Source of the DNA: Candidatus Hadarchaeum sp.
GTDB lineage: Archaea; Hadarchaeota; Hadarchaeia; Hadarchaeales; Hadarchaeaceae
Assembly: GCF_049969415.1 (NCBI RefSeq)
Contig: NZ_JBMFOX010000003.1
Location: forward strand, 8,960-72,959
DNA: 64,000 nt
Direction: 5' to 3'
The notes beneath the pieces are model-generated. The model saw only the letters and a list, made by a program, of their open reading frames with translations, had not been told where the DNA came from and did no database searches. Each line of letters starts with the position of its first letter. The first letter of the stretch is position 1. The position numbers and the translations under genes are program-made. Shown here piece after piece: positions 27,389 to 38,143 of this stretch.

Positions 27389-28750
27389 TCAGCGCTTGCT
27401 GAGGCTCTTTAGAACACCAACGATTTTCCCTGCCTCTTCCACCAGTCTGTCTGCGGTTCTCCTCTCCATCGGCGTGGAGATGCAGAACATCCCCCGCGGC
27501 GAGATGAAGATGCCCTCGTTGAGCAGGGAGAAGAAGAAGACCCGCGCCGCGATCTCGTCAGCGGCCATCGCGCTCCGATAATCGACGACCTCCCCCCTGG
27601 TGAAGTGGACATGGCGCAGTGAACCGGCCCCCGTCACCCGTGCAGCGACATCGGCCTCGGCAAAAATCTTCTTCAGCTCCTGGGCCAAGTATTCCCCCAT
27701 CCGGTTGATCCTGTCGATGGCCGTGGCGTTCAGTAGCTTCAGCGTCGCCATGCCCGCCACCATCGCCAGCGCGTTCCCGTTGAAGGTCCCGGCGTGGTGG
27801 ATGAACTCCCGCCGCTCGGGCGAGAAGAGCTCCATGACTTCCTCGCGGCCGCCGAAGGCCCCGGCGGGAAGGTCGCCCCCGATTATCTTTCCGAAGGTGG
27901 TGACGTCAGAGGTCACGCCGAAGAATTCCTGCGCCCCGCCCACGGCCAGCCGCGCCGTCATCACCTCGTCGAAGATCAGCAGGACATCGTTTGCCTCGGT
28001 GATCTCCCGCAGGAATTGCAGGTAGCCCGGCCTCGGCGGTATCTGCCCAGCGATGCCCAGCATCGGCTCGACGATGACGGCCGCCAGCTCCCTCCGGTTT
28101 TGTCTGATGATCCTCTCCGCGGCTTCAGCGTTGTTGAACGGGGCCACGAGGACCTCCCGGGCGACGCCCTTCGGTATTCCGGGACTGTCGGGCAGGCTCA
28201 GCGGGCTCTCGGCCTCTCCGGCAAGCTCCGGGCGCGGTCGGGCGCTGATCTCGACCTCCGGATAGCTGCCGTGATAGCCCCCTTCCATCTTCAGGATCTT
28301 GTCCCTGCCCGTGTAGGCTCGGGCGGCCCGGATGGCCATCATGTTGGCCTCGGTGCCCGAGTTGCAGAACCTGATCCTTTCCACAGACCTGAACCTCCGG
28401 CAGATGATTTCGGCGAGGCGGTGCTGGGATTCGATGGCGGCGGCGCAGGTCCAGCCCCTCTCCAGCTGCTCCTTGATCGCCGCGACGATCCGGGGGTGGG
28501 CGTGGCCGTGAACTGAGGAGGTATAGTTGTTGACGAAATCGAGGTACCGGTTGCCGTCGACATCGTAGATCCAGCAGCCGCGGCCCCGCGCCATGACAAA
28601 GGGATAGGGACTGAAGTAGACCACGCTGCGCGTGTTCCCCCCGGGCAGAAATTTCCTCGCCCGTGCATGGATTCTCCTAGAGGCGGGCGTCCTGCGCCGG
28701 TACTCCTGCAGGCAGGCTTTCAGCGGGTCAACCCCAGGCATAAACTCCAC
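27389..28750 (-). CDS. class III PLP aminotransferase (glutamate-1-semialdehyde aminomutase-like)
   Basis: PGGNTR, DVDGNRYLD, FCNSGTEA, LIFDEV, GKIIGG, HAGTFNGN. Confidence 0.9.
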   Translation of the reverse strand: MEFMPGVDPLKACLQEYRRRTPASRRIHARARKFLPGGNTRSVVYFSPYPFVMARGRGCWIYDVDGNRYLDFVNNYTSSVHGHAHPRIVAAIKEQLERGWTCAAAIESQHRLAEIICRRFRSVERIRFCNSGTEANMMAIRAARAYTGRDKILKMEGGYHGSYPEVEISARPRPELAGEAESPLSLPDSPGIPKGVAREVLVAPFNNAEAAERIIRQNRRELAAVIVEPMLGIAGQIPPRPGYLQFLREITEANDVLLIFDEVMTARLAVGGAQEFFGVTSDVTTFGKIIGGDLPAGAFGGREEVMELFSPERREFIHHAGTFNGNALAMVAGMATLKLLNATAIDRINRMGEYLAQELKKIFAEADVAARVTGAGSLRHVHFTRGEVVDYRSAMAADEIAARVFFFSLLNEGIFISPRGMFCISTPMERRTADRLVEEAGKIVGVLKSLSKR

Positions 28751-28802
28751 TAATTCATCCCAGCTATAAATCCCTGTAAGTTAATTCAAAGCCGACTGAA
28801 AT

Positions 28803-29969
28803 TTACCCTTGTTTTTTCACCGAGGCTCGCACCACCGCCGCGACCCTCCGGGCGATTTTCTTGTCCACCGCCCGGGGCAGGATGTGGTCCACGTCCAGCT
28901 CCCCTTTCTTGACTAGCCCGGCGATCGCCCCGGCGGCCGCCACCTTCATCTCGTCGGTCACCTTTTTGGCCCGTGAGTCGAGCAGCCCCCGGAAGAAGCC
29001 CGGGAAGACGAGGAGGTTGTTGGCCTGGTTGGGGAACTGCGAGCTGCCCGTGGCGACCACGCGGGCGCCGGCCTTCCGGGCCGCGTCGGGGAGGATCTCG
29101 GGATCAGGATTGGTTAGGGCAAAGACGATCGGATCCTCGGCCATGCTTTTGATCATCTCGGCACTGAGCAGGTTGGGAACTCCCGAGACGCCGATGAAGA
29201 CGTCGGCGCCCCGCAGGGCCTCGCCCAGCCCGCCCGCGATGTTGTCCGGGTTGGTGATCTGGGCCAGCGCCTCCTTGAACCGGTTCATTCCCTCCTTTCT
29301 GCCCCGGTGGATGATGCCGCGGGAATCCACGACCAGGATCTTCCTCGCCCCCACCCGATGCAGAATTCTGGCGATCTCATAGCCCGCCGACCCGGCACCG
29401 GCAATGGTGATGCTCACCTCATCGAGTCTCTTGTCCACCACCTTGAGCGCATTGAGCAGTCCGGCGAGGGCGACCACTGCGGTACCGTCGCCGTCGTCGT
29501 GGAAGACCGGGATGTCCAGCTCGTTGATCAGCCTTTCCTTGATCTCGAGCACCTTCGGCGTCTCGATGTCCTCAAGGTTGATGCCGCCGAAGCTGGGTGA
29601 GACCGCCTTTACAATGGCGATGATCTCCTCGGCGTCCTGGGTGGAGAGGCAGAGCGGCACCGCGTCCACGTCCCCGAAGGCCTTGAAGAGCGCCGCCTTT
29701 CCCTCCATCACCGGCAGGGCCGCCGCGGCACCGATGTTGCCCAAGCCCAGCACCCGGCTGCCGTCGGTGACCACGGCAATGGTGTTCCACTTGGAGGTAT
29801 AGTCAAAGACGCTCTCCGGGTTTCTGGCGATTTCCCGGCTCACCTCGGCGACCCCGGGGGTGTAGGCTAGGACGAGGTCCCTCTGGTTCCTCAGCGGCAC
29901 CTTGACCGCGGTCGCAATTTTGCCCCGAAACCTTCGGTGCAGGGCCAGGGCGTCATCCTTCAGGCTCAT
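28803..29969 (-). CDS. NAD(P)-dependent malic enzyme
   Basis: AYTPGVA, VLGLGNIG, PVMEGKA, INLEDI, FHDD, ALTNPDPEI. Confidence 0.94.
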   Translation of the reverse strand: MSLKDDALALHRRFRGKIATAVKVPLRNQRDLVLAYTPGVAEVSREIARNPESVFDYTSKWNTIAVVTDGSRVLGLGNIGAAAALPVMEGKAALFKAFGDVDAVPLCLSTQDAEEIIAIVKAVSPSFGGINLEDIETPKVLEIKERLINELDIPVFHDDGDGTAVVALAGLLNALKVVDKRLDEVSITIAGAGSAGYEIARILHRVGARKILVVDSRGIIHRGRKEGMNRFKEALAQITNPDNIAGGLGEALRGADVFIGVSGVPNLLSAEMIKSMAEDPIVFALTNPDPEILPDAARKAGARVVATGSSQFPNQANNLLVFPGFFRGLLDSRAKKVTDEMKVAAAGAIAGLVKKGELDVDHILPRAVDKKIARRVAAVVRASVKKQG

Positions 29970-30631
29970 GTTTCATCCTCCTCCCGGGAAATCTCGCGAA
30001 CATCATTGACGACATCTGTTATGGCACACTCTAGAAGCTTCTCACCCAAATATCTGTCGATCCTGAGCCCCATCCTCTCCACCTCTCGGGCCTGCTCCTC
30101 CGCCCAGGAGTACTTCTCCCGGGCAATTTTCATCCCGATGAAGGCAACCTCCGGATGTTTGGAGAAATCTGAGTGTTCGGCCAGCTTCGACTCATCGGCA
30201 ATCCCGATGGCGGCCCCCATGCTGAGCTCTCCGGTGCCCGCGTGCGGCCCCTCGAGGTCGATGATGGTGTTGTTGAAGTGGAGCCGCATGCCCAGCTCCT
30301 CCTCGAGGAGGGGGATCCATTCCCGTAGAACTCCGTTGCCGCCGTGGCCGTTGACGATGACGACCCGGTCTATGCCCAGCTCCTGCCTGACGTAGAGCAG
30401 CGCCCGGCGGAGCTCTTCCTTGACCTGGTCCAGCGTCTGGTGCTCACCGGTGTCTATCTCCGGGAGCTCGTAGGAGGAGCTGAGCACCCCCAGAAACCTC
30501 GCCCCGGTTCGCCGCGCCGCCTCCTCAGCCACGTGGGAGGCCAGTCGGGCATCTGTGTCAGGAGGCAGGGCCGCCCCGTGCCTCTCCCGGTGCGAGCCCA
30601 ACGCCAGAATACCAACTTCGCCCAACCTCAC
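29966..30631 (-). CDS. arfB: FAPy deformylase ArfB (creatininase family)
   Basis: GSHRERHGAALPPDTD, VNGHGGN, HAGTGELSM; lies in the rib operon. Confidence 0.85.
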   Translation of the reverse strand: MRLGEVGILALGSHRERHGAALPPDTDARLASHVAEEAARRTGARFLGVLSSSYELPEIDTGEHQTLDQVKEELRRALLYVRQELGIDRVVIVNGHGGNGVLREWIPLLEEELGMRLHFNNTIIDLEGPHAGTGELSMGAAIGIADESKLAEHSDFSKHPEVAFIGMKIAREKYSWAEEQAREVERMGLRIDRYLGEKLLECAITDVVNDVREISREEDET

Positions 30632-31041
30632 ACCTTCTCCAGCCGCTTGACCATCTTGACCGCGGCCTCCACGGATCTGCGGGCGTAGTCAGTTACCCGT
30701 TCAAAGGCCTGCAGGCGCGTCATCCCCGGACCGGAGATGCCCAGCGTCACCGGCTTGCCGAATTCGACGGATAGGTCGATGATCTTCCTCGTCGCGTGCT
30801 GCATCACTATCTCGTCGTGCTCAGTTTCTCCCTCGATAACCGCCCCAAGTGTCACCACAGCATCGACGTCGTTTCTCTGGACCAGCTTCTTGACCGCCAG
30901 AGGCAGGTCGTAGACTCCGGGGACGATGACCTCGACAACGATCTGTGCTCCGAGGAACTCGGCATGCCTCCTGGCGAACTCGATCATCGGCGAGACGATG
31001 TCGAAGTTGAACTCCGTGGCCGCTAGACCCAGCTTTACCAA
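30628..31041 (-). CDS. ribH: 6,7-dimethyl-8-ribityllumazine synthase
   Basis: EFN, VPGVYDLP, LGAVIEGETEHD, GISGPGM. Confidence 0.95.
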   Translation of the reverse strand: MVKLGLAATEFNFDIVSPMIEFARRHAEFLGAQIVVEVIVPGVYDLPLAVKKLVQRNDVDAVVTLGAVIEGETEHDEIVMQHATRKIIDLSVEFGKPVTLGISGPGMTRLQAFERVTDYARRSVEAAVKMVKRLEKV

Positions 31042-31045
31042 TTTA

Positions 31046-32180
<1,135 letters not shown>

Positions 32181-32184
<4 letters not shown>

Positions 32185-32843
32185 AGGAACACCTCCACCT
32201 TGATCTGATCGCCGTCCTTAAGGCCCACGGTCTTCCTCAGGTTCTCCGGGGCGATTATCTCCAGGATGTCCTTATGATGGCTCCGGTTGGGGATGACCAC
32301 GGCGCTGTCCACGCCCTTTATCTTGGAGGGAAAGAGCTTCACCGGCCCGAAGGTCCTCTCACTGGTGCTGAACCCGGCGACCTGCTTGGAGGGCAGCCGC
32401 GTCAGCGTTTCCTTTAGCTCCAGCGAGGACCGGTCGAGCTTGATGTCCAGCGTCCCCGAGTAGGGCAGAAAACCGAGCTCCCGCTGGAACTGTTTCGAGT
32501 AACCCGGGTGGCCCACGTAGTAGCTGCCCTCGCCCACCCCCGTGACCACCGTCCCTGATAGGACGATTTTGGCCGGCTCCTGGGTGAGAATTCTCCCCAG
32601 CTCCTGGTGCAGCGCCCGTAGCGCCGACAAGCCCGCCGAGGTTATCCGGAGGAACTGCCCCCGGGGCTCCACTCGGCGCGAGATCAGCGATTGTTCTTCG
32701 AGCTCGGCCAGCTTTCTTATCGCGGTCTGTTTTGACACACCCAGCTGGCGGGCCAGCGAGGCGGAGGAGACCCTGATTTCTTCCCTGGTCGCCCCCTCCT
32801 TCGCCAGGAGCATCAGCATCTCAATCCAGGTCTTTTCCGGCAA
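32181..32843 (-). CDS. ribK: HTH-fused CTP-dependent riboflavin kinase (RibK/RbkR)
   Basis: N-terminal wHTH (LGVSKQTA.RKL.ELE), G.V.TG.GEG.YY, P.SGTL, LR...GLKDGD. Confidence 0.92.
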
Positions 32844-33002
32844 GTTTACCTCTATCACTGGAGCGCGTGCTTCCTTTTTAAATCTTTCCAAAAAAGGAAC
32901 GCGTCTAAAATTTGGAACGATATGGCGACGGGTAAATTTTACCTGTGTATCCCTGCCAGCAAACTTTAAGAGCCGCTTGAGAAAATGACGTTGGGTGATT
33001 GA

Positions 33003-34235
33003 ATAGAGGACTTACCCACCCTGGATGAGGCTGATGTTAAGGAAAAGACCGTGATCGTGAGAATTGATATCAACTCCCCGATGGATCCCGTTACCGGTAA
33101 AATTTTGGATGACACCAGGATCAAGGCCTCGGCGGTGACGATAAAGGAGCTGGCTGCCAAGGGCGCCAAGCTGGTGCTGCTGGCCCACCAAGGCCGGCTG
33201 GGTGACGACGACTTCACCACCTTGGAGCAGCACGCCGAGCTCCTCAGCCAGGCGACGGGCATAAAGATCAAGTACCTGAAGGACCTTTTCTACGGCGAGC
33301 CCGTGGCCCAGGCTATAGAGGAGATGAAGCCCGGAGACGTCATCCTGCTGGAGAACGTTCGCTATCTGGCCGAGGAGCCGGTGGCCCGATCGATGGAGGA
33401 GCAGGCCAAGACCCGGTTGGTCCAGAACCTCGCCCCGCTGGCGCAGATTTTCGTCAACGATGCCTTTGCCGCAGCTCAGCGACCTCACGCTTCGATTATC
33501 GGGTTTGCCGCGGTGCTGCCCGCCTATGCCGGAAGGGTGATGGAGAGGGAGGTCAAGGGGATGTCCCGGGCGCTGAACCCGGAGCACCCCTGCGTCTACA
33601 TGCTCGGCGGGGCCAAGGCCGAGGACACGATAAAGATCCTAGAGCACTCGCTCAAGAAGGGGCTGGTGGACACGGTCCTCACCGGCGGAATTCTGGCCAA
33701 CATCTTTCTCATGGTTTCGGGAAAGGACATCGGGGGACCGAACGTCAAGTTGATTACGGACAAGAGCTACATCAAGCTGGTCGACCGCGCCAGGGGCATT
33801 TACGCCGACCACGCCCACCTGATTAAGACCCCGCTTGATTTCGTGGTCGACGTTCAGGGCAAGCCCAAGGTGATTGCGGTGGAGGAGCTGCCGATGAATG
33901 TGGAGCTGCTCGACGTGGGACCCAAGACAGTTGCCTATTATTCCAAGTTTCTGGCCGAGGCCAAGACAATCGTCGTCAAGGGGCCGATGGGCGTCTTTGA
34001 GCGCAAGGGTTACGAGCGCGGGACGCTGGAGCTCTACCGGGCGGCGGCCAACTCCAAGGCCTTCAAGGTCTTCGGCGGCGGTCACACGGTCACCATCGTG
34101 AACGAGGCGGGACTGGCGAGCAAGATCGACCACGTGAGCACCGGTGGCGGCGCGGCCGTGAGCTTCCTCTCCGGAGAGCCGATGCCCGGCATCGAGGCGC
34201 TGCTCTATTCCAAGCGACGTCGGCAGGGGGGATAG
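33003..34235 (+). CDS. pgk: phosphoglycerate kinase
   Basis: LPTLDE.DVK.KTVIVRIDINSP, AHQGR, LLENVR, NDAF.AA, LGGAK, GGGHT, STGGGA; start codon uncertain (ATA 33003 or GTG 33051). Confidence 0.95.
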   Translation: MEDLPTLDEADVKEKTVIVRIDINSPMDPVTGKILDDTRIKASAVTIKELAAKGAKLVLLAHQGRLGDDDFTTLEQHAELLSQATGIKIKYLKDLFYGEPVAQAIEEMKPGDVILLENVRYLAEEPVARSMEEQAKTRLVQNLAPLAQIFVNDAFAAAQRPHASIIGFAAVLPAYAGRVMEREVKGMSRALNPEHPCVYMLGGAKAEDTIKILEHSLKKGLVDTVLTGGILANIFLMVSGKDIGGPNVKLITDKSYIKLVDRARGIYADHAHLIKTPLDFVVDVQGKPKVIAVEELPMNVELLDVGPKTVAYYSKFLAEAKTIVVKGPMGVFERKGYERGTLELYRAAANSKAFKVFGGGHTVTIVNEAGLASKIDHVSTGGGAAVSFLSGEPMPGIEALLYSKRRRQGG

Positions 34236-34238
34236 TCT

Positions 34239-35564
34239 TTGCGGATAGTCATCGTCGGCTTTCAGTCGGCCGGCCTGACCGCGGCGGCCACGGCTAGACT
34301 CTACAACCGCGAGGCCGAGATCACCGTTATCGAGAGAAGGACCTATGCCACCTACCACCCCTGCGGCCTTCCCTTCGTCATCGGGGGCGAGGTGGCGACC
34401 CTGCAGGACTTGGTGGAGGCAATGCCGAGGCTCCAGGGTGTCGAAGTGCGCTTGGGAGCGGAGGCCAGGTCCATCAATACCGAGGAAAAGACGGTTACGG
34501 TACTTGACCTCAGGACGGTTCGGGAGGAGAAAATCCCCTACGACAGGTTGATACTGGCCACCGGCAGCCGGGCCCTCAAACCGCCGATTCCCGGCGTTGA
34601 TCTAGATCACGTTTTCACTTTGCGGACCATTGAGGACGGGGAGAGGATCCTTGCGGCGCTGCCACGGGCAAAAAGGGCCGTGGTGGTCGGGGCCGGACCC
34701 ATCGGCGTGGAGACTGCCAGCGCCCTAAAGGAACGCGGTCTTGAGGTGACGCTGGTCGAGATGCTGCCTGATGTCCTCCCCGGGATGCTCGACCCGGACA
34801 TGGCGGAGATTGTTGCCGAGCGCCTAGTAAAGTCGGGAATCCGCGTCATCTGCTCCCGGGCGGTGAAGGAGATCCGCGGCAAGGGAAGCGTCAGCTCGGT
34901 GGTTCTCGAGGGAGAGGAGCTTTCGGCCGATATGGTGGTCATCGCGGTCGGGGTGAAGCCGGAGATTGAGCTTGCCGTTAAGGCGGGGCTGGCGCTGGGG
35001 CCGACGAGGGCGATAGCGGTGGACGACCATCTTCGGACCAGCGAACCCGACATCTTTGCCATCGGGGATTGCGCTGAGGCCCGCTGTTTCATCACTGGTA
35101 GGCCGATTCGGAGCCAGCTGGCCACCACGGCCATCAGGATGGGCCGGGTCGCGGGAATCAACGCTGCTGGCGGCGATGAAACATTCGAGGGGGTCCTTAA
35201 TGCCGTCGTTACTATGGCCAGTGGCTTGGAGATAGCCTCGGCCGGCTTGACCGCGGGGGCGGCCAAGGAGGCGGGAATCGAGGCGGTGTCGGCGCGGGTG
35301 AGATGTTTCAGCAAGCCCCATTACTTTCCGGGAGCCGAGCCGGTGACGATTAAACTGGTTGCCGAGAGGAGGGGACAGAGGCTGCTCGGAGGCCAGGTCA
35401 TCGGCGCTGGGGCGGCGCTGCGGGTCAACACGCTGGCGCTGGCGGTTAAAAGGCAGATGACCGCCAAGGAACTTTCCAAAATTGACTACTGCTATGCACC
35501 GCCGGTAAGCGAGAGCATCGACCCGCTGGTGGTGGCGGCTGAAGCGCTTCGCCGGAGAAGGTAA
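34239..35564 (+). CDS. FAD-dependent pyridine nucleotide-disulfide oxidoreductase (NADH oxidase/CoA-disulfide reductase family)
   Basis: Y.PCGLP single-Cys motif, LILATGS, VVGAGPIGVE, FAIGDCAE, YAPP. Confidence 0.9.
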   Translation: MRIVIVGFQSAGLTAAATARLYNREAEITVIERRTYATYHPCGLPFVIGGEVATLQDLVEAMPRLQGVEVRLGAEARSINTEEKTVTVLDLRTVREEKIPYDRLILATGSRALKPPIPGVDLDHVFTLRTIEDGERILAALPRAKRAVVVGAGPIGVETASALKERGLEVTLVEMLPDVLPGMLDPDMAEIVAERLVKSGIRVICSRAVKEIRGKGSVSSVVLEGEELSADMVVIAVGVKPEIELAVKAGLALGPTRAIAVDDHLRTSEPDIFAIGDCAEARCFITGRPIRSQLATTAIRMGRVAGINAAGGDETFEGVLNAVVTMASGLEIASAGLTAGAAKEAGIEAVSARVRCFSKPHYFPGAEPVTIKLVAERRGQRLLGGQVIGAGAALRVNTLALAVKRQMTAKELSKIDYCYAPPVSESIDPLVVAAEALRRRR

Positions 35565-35573
35565 GCGGATTAT

Positions 35574-36131
35574 ATGCGGCTGGTGATTGAACACCTCGAG
35601 CCGAAGCTCAGCCAATGGCTTTACATCGAGTATTCCCACTCGGCGAGGATTGCCGGGGATCTGCTGATAACCAACGTCAGGAGGGCCTCCGAACGTCGAA
35701 GGCTGTCGCGGGTTGCCTCGGTGGAGAGAAAGAGCGTTGGAGAAATATTTAGCCAGAGGGGGATTCTCCTGCTGGATCCACTGGCGCGGAAGGTGCTCTC
35801 CCCGGATGACCTCCAGGGCAAATCGGTGATTTTGATCGGTGGCATCCTGGGGAACGACCCGCCCCTGGGCCGGACGAGGGAGCTGCTCGCCAGGAAGCTG
35901 CCCCGGGCGACGAGGCGCCACATCGGCCGGCATCAGTTTGCCATCGACGGAGCGGTTTACGTTGCCCGGCAGGTGGTCGCGGGGAGGAGGGTGGAGGAGA
36001 TACCTGTCCAGGTGGGGTTGGAAATTCCGATCGAGCCGGGATATTCAGTCATCCTTCCCTATGCCTTTCCCATGGTCGGAGGTAAGCCGCTGATCTCGGA
36101 CGATCTCATCGATTACCTCCGGAGCCACTGA
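35574..36131 (+). CDS. Sfm1-like SPOUT methyltransferase (DUF431)
   Basis: VIEHLE...W...EY, LLDP, IGGILG.DPP.GRT, Q..IDGA, LPY. Confidence 0.85.
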   Translation: MRLVIEHLEPKLSQWLYIEYSHSARIAGDLLITNVRRASERRRLSRVASVERKSVGEIFSQRGILLLDPLARKVLSPDDLQGKSVILIGGILGNDPPLGRTRELLARKLPRATRRHIGRHQFAIDGAVYVARQVVAGRRVEEIPVQVGLEIPIEPGYSVILPYAFPMVGGKPLISDDLIDYLRSH

Positions 36132-36191
36132 GCCCAGCGGGACGGCGGCAAAGCAAACAGATTAATGCCGGTGTTGGGAAATAATTTCGGT

Positions 36192-36328
36192 AGCCCGGTG
36201 GGGTAGACCGACTGGGGTCGGGCCCAATGGTCAATCCTGCGGGCCTTTGGAGCCTGCGACGGCGGAGGGCAATAACCCGCCGAATTCGAACGTCGACGGG
36301 TCGACCGAATTTCCGCCCCGGGCTACCA
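36192..36328 (+). tRNA. tRNA-Gln(TTG) with three introns (15/16: 36207-36227; 53/54: 36266-36284; 59/60: 36291-36311)
   Basis: Spliced: AGCCCGG TG GGGTAG TGGTCAATCCT GCGGGC CTTTGGA GCCTGC GAC GGCGG TTCGAAT CCGCC CCGGGCT A CCA; BHB central helices GGGT/GCCC, CGGC/GCCG, TTCG/CGAA; A1-U72. Confidence 0.93.
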
Positions 36329-36422
36329 CGAGAAAGCGATTTTTCTTTGAGCGGTCATCTTGGCGGGGTAGAAATACTGGAACATTACTCTTTTTTGCTG
36401 CCGCGCCATCCTCTAACTCGGG

Positions 36423-36854
36423 TTGATCATGAAGGGCGAGCTTCGCTTTGTCGGGGCCGTGGACCGGGTTGAGGGGGAGGAAACGGAGATTGTGATTTAT
36501 CCCGAATTTTGCCCCGCCCTCAAGGGGATAGAGAACTACTCCCACCTGATCGTGCTCTACTGGTTCCACCAGCGGGATACACCAGAGGAGAGGCGGGTGC
36601 TTCAGGTTATCCCTAAACGGCATCCCGGGGCGCCGCTCGTCGGTGTCTTTGCCTCCCGAAGCCCGACCCGACCGAACCCGATCGGGATGTGTGTGGTGGA
36701 ACTCATCAAAGTGGAGGACTGCCGGCTGCGCGTGAAGGGGATGGACGCGGCCGAGGGCTCTCCCATCGTGGATATCAAACCCTATCTGCCCCGAGCCGAT
36801 TCAATCCCCGGGGCCAAGGCTCCGGACTGGATGGCCCACGGACCGAGCACCTAG
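36423..36854 (+). CDS. tRNA m6t6A37 methyltransferase TrmO/TsaA
   Basis: L.GIE.YSH, GVFASRSP.RPNPIG, GMDA..GSP.VDIKPY. Confidence 0.92.
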   Translation: MIMKGELRFVGAVDRVEGEETEIVIYPEFCPALKGIENYSHLIVLYWFHQRDTPEERRVLQVIPKRHPGAPLVGVFASRSPTRPNPIGMCVVELIKVEDCRLRVKGMDAAEGSPIVDIKPYLPRADSIPGAKAPDWMAHGPST

Positions 36855-37583
36855 TGTTGGCTCAGCAATTTTTTTCACGATGGGTTCCAAGCTCCGGGCG
36901 AAGTTGGTCTTTAGCAGCAGGTCGGGATTGCCTAAGGCCTTTTCCACTCTGGTGTCGAAGGGAAGCCGACCCAGAAGTTTGACCTCCGGTCCTACCACCG
37001 GTTGCGCCATGCCTTCGGAAGCGAGGCACATGTTTTCCACCAGGCCGAGGACCGGGACCTTGAGCTCCTGGAGAAGTTGGCTGAGCCTGGCCACGGTTTT
37101 TGCCGCTAGAGCCGACGGCGTGGTGATGATGAGAAACTCGGCCCTTTTTATCAGGCGGATGATGTCGAGGACCTCCTCGGCAATGCCGGGGGGCACGTCC
37201 ACCACGAGGTAGTCAAGCTGGTCCCACCGGGTGATGGTCAGCAGCTCCACGAAGGCGTCCGAGGCCTCATCGCCCCTGAGCGGCAGCGGCCGGTCACCGA
37301 TGAAGTAGATCATCGACATAAACTTGATCCCGTGAACTTCCGGAGGCACCAGCCCCCTTGCTTCCTCCGGCTTGGCGTCAGCCGCCCCTAGGATGATGTG
37401 GCAGGATGGGCCGTGGAAGTCGAGGTCCAGCAGCCCCACCTTCCGGCCGCCACGGGCCAGCAGCAGGGAAATCGTGGTCGCGATCAGGCTCTTGCCCACG
37501 CCACCCTTCCCGCTGGCGATGATGATGATCCTTTTCACCCGCCGGAGCCTCCGGTCGATGATCGAGAGGCGCGGGTCAGGCAC
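36801..37583 (-). CDS. Mrp/Nbp35 family ATPase
   Basis: DPR, SGKGGVGKS, DLDFHGPS, W..LDYLVVD.PPG, VENM; follows hypA. Confidence 0.9.
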   Translation of the reverse strand: MPDPRLSIIDRRLRRVKRIIIIASGKGGVGKSLIATTISLLLARGGRKVGLLDLDFHGPSCHIILGAADAKPEEARGLVPPEVHGIKFMSMIYFIGDRPLPLRGDEASDAFVELLTITRWDQLDYLVVDVPPGIAEEVLDIIRLIKRAEFLIITTPSALAAKTVARLSQLLQELKVPVLGLVENMCLASEGMAQPVVGPEVKLLGRLPFDTRVEKALGNPDLLLKTNFARSLEPIVKKIAEPTLGARSVGHPVRSLGPGD

Positions 37584-37585
37584 CT

Positions 37586-37987
37586 TTACTTTGAGATCTT
37601 GAGGTACTCGACCCATACTCCTCTGCCTCCGATTATCTCGAAGTCCGGACTGCGGCAGCGTGGGCAGCGGATGAAGGCGTGGGCCAGGTCGGGGACGAAG
37701 TGGATGGCCTCGGCTTCCTCCTCGTTGACCTCGCCGGAGCTAGGGTTCCACTCGTGGCCGCAGGCCCGGCATCTGAGGCGCGTTTCCTCCGGCTCCAGCT
37801 TGATCTTGGCTTTTTCCAGCAGCGTGCCCTTGGTCAGCTCTTTAAGGGCATGGGCGAAGATTTCGGTGTCGACGTTTTGCAGTCTCCCCAGCTTTACCTT
37901 GGCCTCGGAAACTGACTTGGCTCCCTTCTCCTTGACCACCGCGAGCATCGTGGACACAACGGCCTCGGCTAGGGCCCATTCGTGCAG
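37586..37987 (-). CDS. hypA: hydrogenase nickel metallochaperone HypA
   Basis: xHEWALAEA N-terminus (first codon CTG), CRAC...HFVPDL...CPRC.S.DFEI..GRG. Confidence 0.92.
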   Translation of the reverse strand: MHEWALAEAVVSTMLAVVKEKGAKSVSEAKVKLGRLQNVDTEIFAHALKELTKGTLLEKAKIKLEPEETRLRCRACGHEWNPSSGEVNEEEAEAIHFVPDLAHAFIRCPRCRSPDFEIIGGRGVWVEYLKISK

Positions 37988-38143
37988 ATAACCACCGCTT
38001 TAACTAGGTGAAGTACCATTTAGACGGTTTCGGAACGCCGGAGCATGGGCACTGAGTTTGTTCTCAGGGCGAGTTTCCAAAAAATGGACTAGGAAGTAGG
38101 CCAATATCAAGGCTTTTTTATCCTTTCGAAGTAGTAATCTTGT

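Noticed and set aside
34824-35933. Long antisense ORFs (369 aa here; also 50157-51269, 33639-34358, 27794-28516)
   Set aside because: Shadows of GC-rich, well-conserved genes on the opposite strand; no recognisable motifs.
36227-36472. ORFs overlapping tRNA loci (also 17496-17708, 38000-38329, 42094-42336)
   Set aside because: Explained by tRNA genes and their introns.
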